A stretch of 64,000 nucleotides of DNA from Squalus acanthias (taxonomy: Eukaryota), in the NCBI GenBank assembly GCA_030390025.1, contig CM059438.1, forward strand, positions 66,900,001 through 66,964,000, given 5' to 3'. Of the stretch, positions 62,310 to 64,000 are shown piece by piece (position 1 is the first letter of the stretch; the number at the start of each line of letters is the position of its first letter). The position numbers and the translations under genes were made by a program. The notes under the pieces are model-generated. The model made no database searches. It was not told where the DNA came from and was given only the letters and a program-made list of their open reading frames with translations.

Positions 62310-63035
62310 GGGCTGGATCTTGCCGGGTCCCACCCATACCGTGCGGGGGGACCCGGGAGACGATGGGAAACCCGGAAGTTCAGGTTTCCCGGCACGCTGT
62401 GGAGTTTTAACTCCACAGCGTACATGCGACATCAGGGGCGGGTTCCTTGCCCGGAATTCAGCCTGATTGACAAGCTGACTTTCAGTCATGTGGGGAACAT
62501 GGACCAGGAGGCCACAGGACAAGGTAAGTGCTGGGCCCAGGCTGGTTGAGGGGGGGGCGGTCCGATCCCTGACCCCAGGGCCGAGACGCGATCCTGGGGC
62601 GGGTGGGGGGGGGATGCGTGTTCCACGCCCGGGGAGGGTCCGAACCCCGACCCCGGGGAGGGCCAGGCTGATGGTGGGGGAGCTTGGGGGGCTGTGAGGA
62701 AGCACTCCTGCTCCTCCCGGCCCACATGGATTGTTTCCTGAGGCTGAGGCCGCTTCATTGCAGCCACCGGGAATCTCGAGCCCTGGGATCCCCGGCCGCC
62801 TGGAGTAAAAGCTGCAAAGCAGGGTTAAAGTAGAGGCTTCAGGCCTCATTATCATATTTAAATTACCAACCCGCCTCCTGGCAGCGGGTTGGCAGCCCGA
62901 CCCCGTCCCTCCTGAGTGAAAGGTGAAAGTGGGCGGGTTGGAGGCGGGTTGGGGTCGGGGTTCACATTTTTTCAACTTTCACTTCCCCCCCCCACGCCTC
63001 CAACCCACCCACTCTTACCTCTGAAAATTCCGGCC
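62310..63035. mobile_element. GC-rich Harbinger-type MITE inserted in a Penelope end (62185-63108)
   Basis: Degenerate TIR GGGCTGGATCTT / AAAATTCCGGCC; flanks GTT/ATT; Penelope tail continues on both sides (gacctgaaat|aactctgtttctctctccacag). Confidence 0.7.
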
Positions 63036-63424
63036 ATTAACTCTGTTTCTCTCTCCACAGTTGCTGTCTGACCTGCTAAGTATTTCCAGCTTTTCTGTTT
63101 TTATTTCAATATTATCGTGGGCACAGTGGGTTACGTTAGTGTGCTTGCTTCCCTGAATTATAATTTTATGGTAATTCTGAAGCCTAACTCTTAAAACAAC
63201 AGCATGTGCGAACAAAGAAAGGTCTGCAAGGTTTAAACCGAAACATTCCCAGAGTGTTGCAATTCAGTTTGTGTGGGATAAAGGGATACGACAAGACAAC
63301 AAACAGCAATTAAAAGCTGTTGTCGCCATTCTCAATGTCTAAGTGCACTGTGAATCAAAAGAAAAAAGGGGTTGCCACATCCACTGTGAATAATCTGGTT
63401 TTAATCCAAAATGTTTGTATATAA

Positions 63425-63765
63425 TCCCTCTATGGTCTCGCCTCTCCCTATCTCTGTAATATCCTCCAGCCCTACAACCGGCGGAGATATCTGCCTCCTC
63501 CAGTTCTGGCCTCTTGAGCATCCCCGATTTTAATCGCTCCACCATTGGTGGCCGTGCCTTCAGCTGCCTGGGCCCTAAGCTCTGGAATTCCCTCCCTAAA
63601 CCTCTCTGCCTCTCTACCTCTCTTTCCTCCTTTAAGACGCTGCTTAAAACCTACCCGTCATTTGCCTTAATATCTCCTTATGTGCCTCGGTGTCAAATTT
63701 TGCTTGCTAACACTCCTATGAAGCGCCTTGGGACGTTTTACTACGTTAAAGGTGCTATATAAACA
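63425..63765 (+). mobile_element. L2 LINE 3' fragment
   Basis: IGGRAFSCLGPKLWNSLP..FKTLLKTY followed by the L2 tail. Confidence 0.8.
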
Positions 63766-64000
63766 CAAGTTTTTCTTGTTACTGTTGTAATCTCTGATAG
63801 CTAAATACAAATTGCATCGTAGCAAGGGACATCTTAGAGGAAGAATTTAAGGTGACTCATTGCTGAGAGAGCAAACAACAGTTGGTTTATGAGAGAATGT
63901 TATACCAGAGGGATGCTTTTAGATAGTTTCCACAAAAGGACCTCTTTGCAAAATCACCAAGTTGAAAAGAATTAGGATTAACTGTGTTATCTATCATTCC

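Overview
Repeat-dense, apparently non-genic vertebrate DNA. The repeat content (CR1/HER1-type LINE tails, Deu-domain SINEs, L2, Penelope ends, Harbinger MITEs) suggests a shark or other cartilaginous fish; this is an inference. No host protein-coding exon could be supported. The centrepiece is a 12.6-kb, very young, nearly intact provirus on the minus strand (28880-41518). It has two 1627-bp LTRs with one mismatch seen by eye, and a tRNA-Arg(TCG)-type PBS that overlaps the gag ATG. Gag carries an overlapping PSAP/PPxY late domain and a CCHC knuckle, and is joined in frame to pol by a UGA-CUAG readthrough signal. Pol has PR, RT (YVDD), a dead RNase H tether, a second intact RNase H, integrase and a ~270-aa tail. 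The env looks like a paramyxo/pneumo/baculovirus F-type fusogen rather than a gamma-type Env, and contains one in-frame TGA. This architecture best fits a lokiretrovirus-like element. The provirus sits in the Myb/SANT gene of a two-gene PIF/Harbinger transposon (26683-43463), which itself appears to interrupt an older solo LTR. Elsewhere there are a full-length decayed CR1 LINE, several Harbinger-type MITEs (two inserted at the same triplet of Penelope hammerhead ribozymes), small solo LTRs and SINE/LINE fragments.
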